Source: a virus
DNA: 38,807 nucleotides
Reading direction: 5' to 3' (one strand)
IMG/VR virus record: IMGVR_UViG_3300012931_000042
Location: 1-38,807 of that record
The translations under genes and the position numbers were made by a program. Positions 18,884-27,211 of this stretch are shown here, one piece after another. The notes under the pieces were generated by a model, which saw only the letters and a list, made by a program, of their open reading frames with translations, had not been told where the DNA came from and made no database searches. Each line of letters starts with the position of its first letter. The stretch's first letter is position 1.

Positions 18884-18926
18884 GCGCATTTGCGCGCCGG
18901 AGATACTTTTTGCGCGCGAACAAAGA

Positions 18927-19517
18927 TTACTGACTCTGACTTTTGTTATCAAATGTTCCACGTGAAACATCAGAAATATCTTTTTGCATTCTCTTGTCCA
19001 AAATTTTTTGAATTTCTTCGATAATTCCGATAGATACTCTTTGATTGAACAGGTTTTCTGATTCTTCTAACAAGAAGAGGCATGATTTAATAGAAGAATA
19101 ATCTCTTACAATATCGACTAAATCGATTCCGTTACTCAACGAAAGAACTTGCTCTATTTGTAGATGCAGATCTTTTTCTTCTGTTGCAGACAATCTTTCT
19201 TTCAGAGAATCAAGAGTTTTCACTTTTAACACAGAGTTATCACTCTTTATTGTTTTTCTATTTTCAAATAAAAGCTGAAACTTTTTAACTACATAGTTTC
19301 TTCTTGTCTCATCAAAAAAATTCAGAGCTCTTTTTATACTAAACTCACAAGAAACTACATTGCTCACTTGTTTCAATATATTATAAAGATATAATGAGTC
19401 ATCGATAGATAAGGCTCCGTCAACGATCTTTATAGCAATAGGTTCTTCTTCTTTTTGTCTTACCCATATATCCGAAATTAAATCATTAAATTGTTTAAAA
19501 GAATAAAGCAAAATCAT
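18927..19517 (-). CDS. Hypothetical protein, 196 aa (paralogue B)
   Basis: Similar to 19552..20112 in its N-terminus (MILLYS/MLLLYK) and in a repeated 'IVSCxF...EIQKxxxxR' motif. Confidence 0.6.
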   Translation of the reverse strand: MILLYSFKQFNDLISDIWVRQKEEEPIAIKIVDGALSIDDSLYLYNILKQVSNVVSCEFSIKRALNFFDETRRNYVVKKFQLLFENRKTIKSDNSVLKVKTLDSLKERLSATEEKDLHLQIEQVLSLSNGIDLVDIVRDYSSIKSCLFLLEESENLFNQRVSIGIIEEIQKILDKRMQKDISDVSRGTFDNKSQSQ

Positions 19518-19551
19518 TTCTTTTCTCCTATCTTTTCTGTTTTCTAAACTC

Positions 19552-20112
19552 TTAGTTTAGTTTGGCGATATTATCTAAAAATCTAGAATTTATAACTTTT
19601 TGAATTTCATCTCGAACACGAAGAAAAACATAAGAAACAAAATCATTCGGAGATTCTGTTGTTTCATAAAAACAAGAAACAATGTTAGCGTTTTTGCTGA
19701 CAAGATCTACTAATCTTATTCCTTCGTCGAGAGATATTGGTTTCTCTATTTTTAATACGACATTCATATTTGAACTTTGTTTTATTTTTTTCGAAATCTC
19801 GTCGAAATCTCGAGAGAAAAGAAACAATTCTTTTTTGCTTATCCCAGATTGATCTCTCTTGCTAAATATTCTTTGAATTTCTTTTAAAACATTTGTTCTT
19901 CTGTTTGCGTCAAATAAGTTTCTTGCCATTTTTGTCTTAAACTTCAAAGAGACAATCCGAGCAATTTGTTTTGAAAGCGCCAACAAATTTATTGTGTCTT
20001 GGATAGAGAGTTCTCCAACGATTTCAATTTCTATCTTTTCGTCAGACTCGCTTTCTTTTACTAATTTCTCCGAAAGAAAACAGAGCTCATCACTTTTATA
20101 TAGCAATAGCAT
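19552..20112 (-). CDS. Hypothetical protein, 186 aa (paralogue A)
   Basis: See paralogue B. Each protein appears to be two copies of a ~85-aa domain. Confidence 0.6.
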   Translation of the reverse strand: MLLLYKSDELCFLSEKLVKESESDEKIEIEIVGELSIQDTINLLALSKQIARIVSLKFKTKMARNLFDANRRTNVLKEIQRIFSKRDQSGISKKELFLFSRDFDEISKKIKQSSNMNVVLKIEKPISLDEGIRLVDLVSKNANIVSCFYETTESPNDFVSYVFLRVRDEIQKVINSRFLDNIAKLN

Positions 20113-20148
20113 TTTTTTGCCTCTTATTATTATTATAAAAAATAAAAA

Positions 20149-20310
20149 CTAATCATCCCCTAAAAAAATGGAGATAAAATACACGACGACAATAATTAGA
20201 CATAGAGGATGAATCGCCGCGAAGGAAAAAAATATTCCGGCAATTAATCCGTAATAGAAAAGTAATGAAATTGTTTCAGAAAAAGATGACTTTCTGTTTT
20301 TGTTTTCCAT
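20149..20310 (-). CDS. Possible small membrane protein, 53 aa (below the ORF-track cutoff)
   Basis: Hand translation MENKNRKSSFSETISLLFYYGLIAGIFFSFAAIHPLCLIIVVVYFISIFLGDD has two hydrophobic stretches. The RBS is weak. Confidence 0.3.
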   Translation of the reverse strand: MENKNRKSSFSETISLLFYYGLIAGIFFSFAAIHPLCLIIVVVYFISIFLGDD

Positions 20311-20334
20311 TTTTAATACGTTCCAAACTTAAAA

Positions 20335-21897
20335 TTAAAACTTCTCTATATTACTAAATCCTTTGTCAAGTCGCAATCTATTCGACAATTTTTCTGCTAA
20401 TTCGTCTGTTCTTTTGTTATTGTTCCAATTAAACCCTTGAACGATCTTGTTAACTAGTGCCGAATCAATTGCCATTTCTAATGTGTCTGCAATGTCATCG
20501 TGAGAATGCGAATTGGTAAGGGTAATTCTTATCATATGTTCAATGCACATTTCGGCGTGCTTTGCATATTTGTGAATACTGATTAGTTTCTTTTTTATAA
20601 ACGGCTGCATTGCAAGAAAACGAGTGACTTTTGAATTTTGTTTGTGAACGATTGGTAGAACAATTAATCCTTGAACCTTGCCAAGTACTGAAAGTAATGT
20701 AACTCCAGTTGATGCTTTTTCGATGCAGGCGGCGACGGGAGGGCAAGGACTGCGTTTGATCCTGAAAGTACAAGCTGATGAATAGAAGGACCAAAAATAT
20801 TTTTCTAAATCACAAGGCTCAACCGCAATTTCCATGCAATCGATCCACACCAGGCCGTAAACGTCTGTTTCAATATTATTTTGAATAATTTTGTGGACGC
20901 CCCAAAGAGAAAAAACTGTTTTGTCGTTGAATGTTTTTGCTGTCTCGGCTGTGTCGCAAGTTATGAATGTAAATTCTATATTTTCAGGGAATTTGTCGAT
21001 AAATAAGAAATCTTCTTTCTTGAAAATAGAACCGCCGACAGGAATTGGCTCTTGTTGCATTTGAGACCAAAAAACAAAATCATTTACTTTTTTTTCTATT
21101 TCTAATCTTTCGGCAGGGTAGAGATCGGGGTCAAATGAGTTTCCAGCGTCATCCAATGCCTTTATTTTTATGTGTTCCCATTTTTGCCCGTCTCCTCCTT
21201 TTAAAAGAAACCCAGCAAGATCGTCTTCGTGAACTCTCTGACCGATGAAAACAATGGGTATTTTCATGTTAGGGACTCGTGTCTTTAGAGTGGTATTATA
21301 AATCTCAATTGAGTGCCGCCTGACCGGTTCGCTCAAGATTTCTCCAGGCTTATGAGCGTCATCAATTATTAGCGCTCCTGTTGGTCTTTCTTGTAAGGGG
21401 ATGCCAACGTCTAATCCTACGATTGTGCTATCAAGTCCCGCCGCAAAAATTTTGCCTCCATAATTCGTTTCAAATGACTTTCCTTTCGAAATCTTTGGAT
21501 TGACTCGCACCCCGAAAAGCTCTTCGTAATAAGGCAAAGACATGATATCCTTTATCATTCGAGTTTTTGTTAGCGCTAAATCCATTGATATTGAAACGTA
21601 ACTAAAATTTGAATCAGGGAATTGTGAAAGAACCCAGGTGATCCAAAAAACGACATCCGTGCTTTTCCCCGAACGTGGAGGAACATTAATGACTACTCGA
21701 GGCAGTAGTCCTTGCGTGACCTTGGTAAGTGTCCTGGATATTATTATTGTATGACTTTCTCTTCCGACCGGACGAGAAATTGTAAATTCTCTGTTCGTGT
21801 ATAATTTATAGAAGAGTTGGGTGTACTTTAAAAGAGATCCCCATAGTTCTTTTTTTATTTCGTTTTTTTCTTCCTTCGCATTTGGCAAATAAATCAT
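20335..21897 (-). CDS. terL: Terminase large subunit, 520 aa
   Basis: Walker A 'PPRSGKST', Walker B-like 'GALIIDDAHK', and nuclease-domain acidic motifs 'FITCDTAET' and 'HDDIADTLEMAI'. Confidence 0.85.
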   Translation of the reverse strand: MIYLPNAKEEKNEIKKELWGSLLKYTQLFYKLYTNREFTISRPVGRESHTIIISRTLTKVTQGLLPRVVINVPPRSGKSTDVVFWITWVLSQFPDSNFSYVSISMDLALTKTRMIKDIMSLPYYEELFGVRVNPKISKGKSFETNYGGKIFAAGLDSTIVGLDVGIPLQERPTGALIIDDAHKPGEILSEPVRRHSIEIYNTTLKTRVPNMKIPIVFIGQRVHEDDLAGFLLKGGDGQKWEHIKIKALDDAGNSFDPDLYPAERLEIEKKVNDFVFWSQMQQEPIPVGGSIFKKEDFLFIDKFPENIEFTFITCDTAETAKTFNDKTVFSLWGVHKIIQNNIETDVYGLVWIDCMEIAVEPCDLEKYFWSFYSSACTFRIKRSPCPPVAACIEKASTGVTLLSVLGKVQGLIVLPIVHKQNSKVTRFLAMQPFIKKKLISIHKYAKHAEMCIEHMIRITLTNSHSHDDIADTLEMAIDSALVNKIVQGFNWNNNKRTDELAEKLSNRLRLDKGFSNIEKF

Positions 21898-21899
21898 TT

Positions 21900-22343
21900 T
21901 TATTTTGATACATATTTGAAAATTGAGTCAAAAAAATTCTCAGAATAAGGAAGACAAATAACTTTCACCGAATCTTCTTCTGCGTAAACCTTTTGAAGAA
22001 CATGGAAGACAATGTCTTTATCATTTTCAAAAAAAATTCCTTGCAGGGCGTCTTCCAGCGGCTTTAGCATGTTGGAGCTATCCGGTTTAACCATAGGTAG
22101 ATTGTACTTTGGTTTCTTCGGCCTTTTTATAAAAAAGGTCACGCAGAGGATAATAGGTCCTTCTATCATTTTTTTATTTGATTCTTTTAGATACCGTTTT
22201 GCGTAGAAGGACAAAAGACGCTGATACCACTTTACGGTTTTTGATGAATATGCGGCACCGGTTTTCCGATTGAAAGAGATTTCTCTTTTCGGAAGAGGTC
22301 TCAATTTGAACACAAATTCGAGTTCAAATTGGGACGTCGTCAT
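21900..22343 (-). CDS. rusA: RusA-family Holliday junction resolvase
   Basis: 'KPDSSNMLKPLEDALQGIFFENDKDIV' matches the RusA D-x-DN-x-K...D-x-L...DD motif. The ATG at 22343 is preferred over the track TTG at 22349. Confidence 0.7.
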   Translation of the reverse strand: MTTSQFELEFVFKLRPLPKREISFNRKTGAAYSSKTVKWYQRLLSFYAKRYLKESNKKMIEGPIILCVTFFIKRPKKPKYNLPMVKPDSSNMLKPLEDALQGIFFENDKDIVFHVLQKVYAEEDSVKVICLPYSENFFDSIFKYVSK

Positions 22344-22722
22344 CGACAAACTCTACTGATATTTCTTTTTTTGCGTAATTTTTTGTGCGACCTGTTCCAG
22401 AATATTCGTCATTCAATTCCCATTCGAATGTTAAATCTTTTCCAACCAATTCATCTGTATCGTCGAAAGATTTTAACCCGACTGCCTTGCAGAGTTTACT
22501 CAGAATTTTTTTGGAAATTTGAACTGTGGCAGGATTTTCATTAACGATGTTAAATCGTTCCACCACGAATCTTCCTTTATAATTTCCATCGATGATCTCG
22601 ATGTTGACTTGTAGGTATTCTCCAGGATTCCGAGAACAAACTTTGATTTCCGCACTGCTTATCCTCCCATTATAAACTCCGGAAGGGAGGTTCGAGTCAG
22701 TCACGTCGAAATGATATCTCAT
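22324..22722 (-). CDS. DUF669-like protein (probable ssDNA-binding partner of Sak4), 132 aa
   Basis: Size, OB-like sequence pattern and synteny next to a Sak4-type ATPase. No decisive motif. Confidence 0.4.
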   Translation of the reverse strand: MRYHFDVTDSNLPSGVYNGRISSAEIKVCSRNPGEYLQVNIEIIDGNYKGRFVVERFNIVNENPATVQISKKILSKLCKAVGLKSFDDTDELVGKDLTFEWELNDEYSGTGRTKNYAKKEISVEFVDDDVPI

Positions 22723-23024
22723 ACTTTATCCTCTGCATTTATTCTAGATTTCAAAACAACACTTGGTCGAAAATAGATTTTTTTCTTTTTTGGCAAAAGC
22801 AAACGTTTCCCTTTCAAAATTACAGATCGTTCCTTCATTTCTCTAATGGAAAAAGCGCCAAAACCTCTTAAAAAAACTTCGTTTCCAAGAGATATTTTTT
22901 CGAAAACTTTTGCTAAAAATATATCTAAGTACTCTGTAAAAAAAAGTCTTTTCACTTTTTTTTGAGAATGTTCACAAACTTCGTCTATTGTTTCGCTAAT
23001 TAATTGCGATTTTGTTACTCTCAT
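22719..23024 (-). CDS. HU/IHF-family DNA-binding protein, 101 aa
   Basis: 'GNEVFLRGFGAFSIREMKERS...KKIYFRPSVVLKSRIN' matches the HU/IHF G-x-V-x-L-x-GFG-x-F...R...F-x-P pattern. Confidence 0.65.
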   Translation of the reverse strand: MRVTKSQLISETIDEVCEHSQKKVKRLFFTEYLDIFLAKVFEKISLGNEVFLRGFGAFSIREMKERSVILKGKRLLLPKKKKIYFRPSVVLKSRINAEDKV

Positions 23025-23877
23025 TTGTTTTTGCCCTTAAATACTCTAATATTTTTCTTGCTTCTTCTTCGCCTAAATCTGATAGAGCGTCGACTTCAGC
23101 TTTTTCGATCCATTTCTGAACAATTTCATCAGGAACGTTTAAACTTTTTACTAGGCTATTTATTTCTGCCAAATCTTTAGTAGACACAAAATGATAAGGC
23201 TTGGTTTCTCGAAGCAAATATTCTTTTTCGAATTTCTCAGAAAAAAGAGAAAAGTCAATAGGAATAATTTCTCCTCTTTCAAAATTTTCGAATCGGCTCC
23301 CTTCAACAACGGCAGTGTAGTCCTTTTGAGTTTTCAAAATCAAGTCAAACAAATAGTCTTGTTTCTTCCAGCAATCAAATGTCTCTCCGATTTTTGCCAT
23401 TCTATCATCGAATTTTTCCTTGATGTGAGAGGTCAAAATCACGTTCATGTCGAGACGAAGAAGGAGAAGAGTAAGGACCTTCATTTTCTTGTTTGTGTCA
23501 GCAAAAGGCTTCCCGAATGCATTCGGATTTGTTTTCTTTGCAGTTTCGGGGCTTAATTTCTTTGTCATTTCTGAGTTTAAGACGTTTTCGTATATTGTTG
23601 TAATTGGGTCAATAATTAATGTTTTGTAATCGTGTTTTTCGGAGATGAGCGATTTAACTTCAATAATTAAATCATCGTATGATGAGGTTTGATACCTAAC
23701 CCCATCTCTATCTTCTAATGCCTTCCTATATTTCGGACATTCTGATCCTCGTTCTGTGTCGATCAAGTACGGTTTTGGAAAATTAAGGCTGAAAAGAGTT
23801 TTTCCGCTCTTTGCAGGGCCAAAAATAAACAATTTCAATCGTCTTTCAACATCTGCAGGCTTTTTTGCACGCAACAT
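22996..23877 (-). CDS. Sak4-like (AAA_24) RecA-family recombination ATPase
   Basis: 'KLFIFGPAKSGKTLFSLNFPKPYLIDTERG' (Walker A followed by D-T-E-x-G) and 'TLIIDPITT' (Walker B). The ATG at 23877 lies 8 nt after aggag. Confidence 0.7.
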   Translation of the reverse strand: MLRAKKPADVERRLKLFIFGPAKSGKTLFSLNFPKPYLIDTERGSECPKYRKALEDRDGVRYQTSSYDDLIIEVKSLISEKHDYKTLIIDPITTIYENVLNSEMTKKLSPETAKKTNPNAFGKPFADTNKKMKVLTLLLLRLDMNVILTSHIKEKFDDRMAKIGETFDCWKKQDYLFDLILKTQKDYTAVVEGSRFENFERGEIIPIDFSLFSEKFEKEYLLRETKPYHFVSTKDLAEINSLVKSLNVPDEIVQKWIEKAEVDALSDLGEEEARKILEYLRAKTNESNKIAIN

Positions 23878-23882
23878 ACATA

Positions 23883-24233
23883 TCACTCCTTTTGCTTGTT
23901 ATTCAAATGCATTTCAATCCAAAATTTTGATTCGATTTCTTTTTTCGCTGTTTCGAATTGATCTGGGTTCTTTTTCAAATATCTGTATCGAATTCCATTC
24001 GCCCACTCTTTTTGTTTTAAACTTCCAATTAATTCCGGCAATTTAAGCTCGAGAGACTGTTGTTTTATTTTTTCTTTTTCGGCGAAAGAAATTCTTTTTG
24101 CCTTATTCCTCTTCGACTCTATCGTTCCAACTTTTTTTATCTCTTTTGTCACTCCGGTTGAGGATATTGTTATTAGATATTTGTCTAAATATCCTTGGTA
24201 TTTGTCGCTTTTTTTCAAAACGGTAAATTCCAT
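23883..24233 (-). CDS. Hypothetical protein, 116 aa
   Basis: ATG at 24233 is preceded by gaggtggcaa. Lys-rich. Confidence 0.5.
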   Translation of the reverse strand: MEFTVLKKSDKYQGYLDKYLITISSTGVTKEIKKVGTIESKRNKAKRISFAEKEKIKQQSLELKLPELIGSLKQKEWANGIRYRYLKKNPDQFETAKKEIESKFWIEMHLNNKQKE

Positions 24234-24287
24234 TTGCCACCTCAAAACAAAAGAAAACATTGAGAACTCAAAGCATTCTATCCGTTT

Positions 24288-24824
24288 TTATTTGAAAGTC
24301 AAGCATGAATATATGCGATTTAACCATCCGAGTAAAAATTGTCGATTGTGAGGTTCTGTTGCGATTCTTCGATAACGATCAGTCAACAGACAAAGATAAA
24401 TATAGGAGAGAGGGTTCTCCTTGCAGGAATTTATGGTTGCCATAGTCTTCGCCCCTATTATCCCATCAGAGTCTAATCCGCAAGCAGGGAGCAGGACTAA
24501 GCATGCCTTCTGCAAAAGAAGGTTGGCCGTATAGGCACCCATGTTTACAGCACATGAAAAGCATAAAAAACCAAGTTTTTTGGGGAATTTTTCATAGTTA
24601 TTTTTCTCCCAAAACTCTTCGAAATAAATCTTTTTTGCGTTTTCGCGCGTCAGGCAAATGATCTCATTTTCTGGCATGTCTCTTTTATAGTACGTGCCGA
24701 GGAATCTCTTGGAGAGCCCGAACTTCGTAGGCCCTCCAGCATCTCCTTCTATTTTGCAGAAGATTCCTTCCTGTTCCATAAGAAGAGCGAAGGCGTTTTC
24801 AAAAAACGAAGAGTAGACCACCAT
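24288..24824 (-). CDS. Endolysin, GH108-type lysozyme with a C-terminal PG_binding_3-like domain, 178 aa
   Basis: N-terminal 'LLMEQEGIFCKIEGDAGGPTKFGLS' fits E-x-G...D-x-GG-x-T-x-x-G. C-terminal 'DSDGIIGAKTMATIN' fits the peptidoglycan-binding motif. Confidence 0.7.
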   Translation of the reverse strand: MVVYSSFFENAFALLMEQEGIFCKIEGDAGGPTKFGLSKRFLGTYYKRDMPENEIICLTRENAKKIYFEEFWEKNNYEKFPKKLGFLCFSCAVNMGAYTANLLLQKACLVLLPACGLDSDGIIGAKTMATINSCKENPLSYIYLCLLTDRYRRIATEPHNRQFLLGWLNRIYSCLTFK

Positions 24825-25045
24825 TATCGATTCCCTTTTGTTTCCGAGTCAGATTCCGAGTCCGAACTTAAATTGAATGTCGAATTGAAAATAGTTGGAT
24901 CTAATTCGTCCCGACGAATTACTACGTCGATCGGAGCGTCGAATTGAATTTTAACCTGTGATCCTTGGATAGATTTTACTGTTATCTTGATGGTGTCATC
25001 AATCCAAATTGATTGTCCTACCTTTCTTCCTAATGTTAACCCCAT
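24824..25045 (-). CDS. csrA: CsrA/RsmA-family RNA-binding regulator homologue, 73 aa with an acidic Ser-rich tail
   Basis: 'MGLTLGRKVGQSIWIDDTIKITVKSIQGSQVKIQFDAPIDVVIRRDEL' aligns along its length with CsrA '[47 protein letters not shown]'. Its TAA overlaps the endolysin ATG (TAATG). Confidence 0.75.
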   Translation of the reverse strand: MGLTLGRKVGQSIWIDDTIKITVKSIQGSQVKIQFDAPIDVVIRRDELDPTIFNSTFNLSSDSESDSETKGNR

Positions 25046-25162
25046 GTTTGTCTTCCTTTTAAAAATGAAGCATTTTCCTTGAATGCCAAAGCATTCGCAA
25101 CGGTTTTTTAAAAAAAGCAGGGAAACAGTTTCTCTTTTTTAAAAAGGGATATACCATTCTTT

Positions 25163-25359
25163 AAATAGGTGCGAAAAGCCTGTGGATAACTTTTTATTCT
25201 AGTTTAAGCCTTAAAACATAATGATTCTTTGACAATACAAGGAGAAGCCTGTGGATAACTTTTGTTTTTCTGTGGATAACCCTGTGGATAACTCTGTTTT
25301 AAATAGGGGCGAAGAAAAAATAGAATGGGTGCAAAACAAAGAGGTAAATAGGGGGCGAA
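25163..25359. promoter_or_regulatory. Putative replication origin with four DnaA boxes and three iterons
   Basis: TGTGGATAA (the reverse complement of TTATCCACA) at 25181, 25250, 25271 and 25284, all in the same orientation. AAATAGG(T/G)GCGAA at 25163 and 25301, and a variant with an extra G at 25346. Further copies at 25612 and, degenerate, at 25863. Confidence 0.65.
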
Positions 25360-26018
25360 AGCAAATAAAGTTTGGCCTGCTCTTGCATCTATATCATACA
25401 GAAAAAGATCCGATAAAAAAGAAAGAAACGACAAGAGATCTGGCCAAGAAATTTGGTAACGTAGAATCGGTAAGAAGTGCAATAAAGCGGTTAAAGGCGG
25501 AGAAATTAATTCAGGTTTTAGAGTCAAAAAAAGGCAGAAACGGCTATACAGTTTTAGGAGTAACTATTGAAGGGAAAGAGTTTCTGATTGATCGATTAGA
25601 AGAGGAAAATAAAATAGGGGCGAAACCCACTCTATTTAGTAATTTAGATTTTATATATAAAAAGAAAACTAATAAAAGAAAAGATGAAAGAGCAAACGAG
25701 GAAACTCCAGCTTGGGACAGAATACGATTCGACCGTTTAATGCAATATGGGTTTAAGAAGGTTCATGTTCAGCAATTGAAGCACTCTCGGTTGACCCCAG
25801 ACCAGATTCAAGAATCCATTAATGCCTTTTCCTTCGATCTTGTACGAGGAAACAAACTAAGCAAAATTAGGGGCGGAGAAAAAGGAGTCCTTCGATATTT
25901 TATGGGAATTCTTATGAGATCTCGTGTATATTGTCCATCTGAAGATTTTTTGTTAGAGAAAGAACGCGTTTCTGGCGATTATTTTTCTTTGGGCAATGCA
26001 GACGCCAATTCTCTGTAA
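25251..26018 (+). CDS. Rep-like winged-helix DNA-binding protein (putative replication initiator). The start codon is uncertain.
   Basis: wHTH-like 'TRDLAKKFGNVESVRSAIKRLKAEKLIQVLESKKGRNGYTVLG'. The track start is a GTG inside a DnaA box. In-frame alternatives are GTG 25329 and TTG 25383. There is no in-frame ATG before about 25740. Confidence 0.5.
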   Translation: MDNFCFSVDNPVDNSVLNRGEEKIEWVQNKEVNRGRKQIKFGLLLHLYHTEKDPIKKKETTRDLAKKFGNVESVRSAIKRLKAEKLIQVLESKKGRNGYTVLGVTIEGKEFLIDRLEEENKIGAKPTLFSNLDFIYKKKTNKRKDERANEETPAWDRIRFDRLMQYGFKKVHVQQLKHSRLTPDQIQESINAFSFDLVRGNKLSKIRGGEKGVLRYFMGILMRSRVYCPSEDFLLEKERVSGDYFSLGNADANSL

Positions 26019-26075
26019 AAAAATCGAACCTTGATCGTCCTGGATGCCGTATGATTTATTTTTTATGGGGTTTCT

Positions 26076-26279
26076 ATGTTTAAAAAGCTGTTAAGCCTGA
26101 TTTCGAGAATAAGTTTTTTCGCGCGTAGATCGGAAAAACAAAAATCGGAGATAAAAGAACTCAACTCGATAAAAAAATGCGCCGGCAAACTCCAACTCGA
26201 ATTAGTAGATATAATCAACAATCTTGAAAAACTGAAAAAACTAATAAAAAGCGCGGCGCAAGATGTTTGCGAAAAATAA
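26076..26279 (+). CDS. Hypothetical small charged helical protein, 67 aa
   Basis: ATG ORF in the rightward cluster. K/E-rich. Confidence 0.4.
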   Translation: MFKKLLSLISRISFFARRSEKQKSEIKELNSIKKCAGKLQLELVDIINNLEKLKKLIKSAAQDVCEK

Positions 26280-26288
26280 AGAAGATTT

Positions 26289-26525
26289 ATGAAATTTGAT
26301 TTTATAACTTTAAAAATGAGATGCGGCCATAAAGAGAAAATTGCGTTTCGTCCCAATTTATTTAACACGAAAGAGGATGTCATTGATACAGCAAAAAGGG
26401 CAATATGTTTTGAGTGCGAACGGAAATTAAAGGCCGTTCCTCTTCTTGTAACCGATTTTATCATAACTAGAAAACACAGACTTGTTCGATATTTCGAGGC
26501 ATTAAAACCGATAATTATATTATAG
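26289..26525 (+). CDS. Hypothetical protein, 78 aa, possible zinc ribbon (C-x-H ... C-x-x-C)
   Basis: Contains 'RCGHKEK...AICFECERK'. Confidence 0.4.
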   Translation: MKFDFITLKMRCGHKEKIAFRPNLFNTKEDVIDTAKRAICFECERKLKAVPLLVTDFIITRKHRLVRYFEALKPIIIL

Positions 26526-26555
26526 ATAATTCTCCGTCAAAAAGGAAAAAACATC

Positions 26556-27113
26556 ATGGAATCTAAATGGATACCTTTCAGAGAATTTAAGCCGTTTGAT
26601 GCCGAATTTCTTGCTTTTCCTTCGCATTTTTTTAAGCCTAAAGATCCTTGCCATTTCGTCCATAACCCAAATATCATAACGAGCGTTTTTCGCTGGAGAT
26701 CAATATCAGAGGATGTATTACCAGATTTAGAAAAAATTGAAGAATGCCCTTTTCGCGCGCAAAAAAACAGAGATCTTCTGAAAGATATCTGTTTTGTTTT
26801 AAATGTTGAATGGATCAACGGAGAAATCTTTGTATCTGGTCTAATGAGACCAACCGATTATGATTTTATTGGTTTTCAATTTTTAGTTCCAAAGGTTTTT
26901 GTCGGAGAGTTCAAAAACATTAAAGATTTCTCCGAACACTATACAGAGTTTTTAAGAGAGTTTCTTGACGTTTTTTGCGTCTGTTTTGAAGACAAGTCTT
27001 TATTTGAAAATCGAGTGAAAATCGCTTCCAATGAAATAATGATCAAAATTTTATCTATGCTGAACGAAATAGAACGGAAGGAGAAAGAACATGGAAATGA
27101 AATGGGCTCCTAA
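26556..27113 (+). CDS. Hypothetical protein, 185 aa
   Basis: RBS aaggaaaaaacatcATG. No motif recognised. Confidence 0.55.
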   Translation: MESKWIPFREFKPFDAEFLAFPSHFFKPKDPCHFVHNPNIITSVFRWRSISEDVLPDLEKIEECPFRAQKNRDLLKDICFVLNVEWINGEIFVSGLMRPTDYDFIGFQFLVPKVFVGEFKNIKDFSEHYTEFLREFLDVFCVCFEDKSLFENRVKIASNEIMIKILSMLNEIERKEKEHGNEMGS

Positions 27114-27211
27114 CTTCAATGGTAGGACCGATTTTACATATATCTTTGCGCCTTATTGGTGTTTTAAAACTCCAGAGGAAACGAACTGACCTTTCTGGGA
27201 AAATTTTGTAG

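Noticed and set aside
18892-18917. The GC-rich hairpin gcgcgc-N14-gcgcgc might be an intrinsic terminator.
   Set aside because: It has no U-run on either strand. The adjacent 14-bp hairpin with a U-run (18842-18883) is the credible terminator. The GC hairpin is left unassigned.
18769-18926. A tRNA-adjacent attP site or integration module.
   Set aside because: No integrase is present anywhere in the genome. The region is explained by a weak hairpin after the tRNA, a GC-rich hairpin and a strong minus-strand terminator.
25204-25527. The 107-aa minus-strand ORF across the origin.
   Set aside because: It is antisense to the Rep-like gene and spans the DnaA-box/iteron cluster. It has a low-complexity Leu/Pro/Phe composition and no RBS, so it is a shadow ORF.
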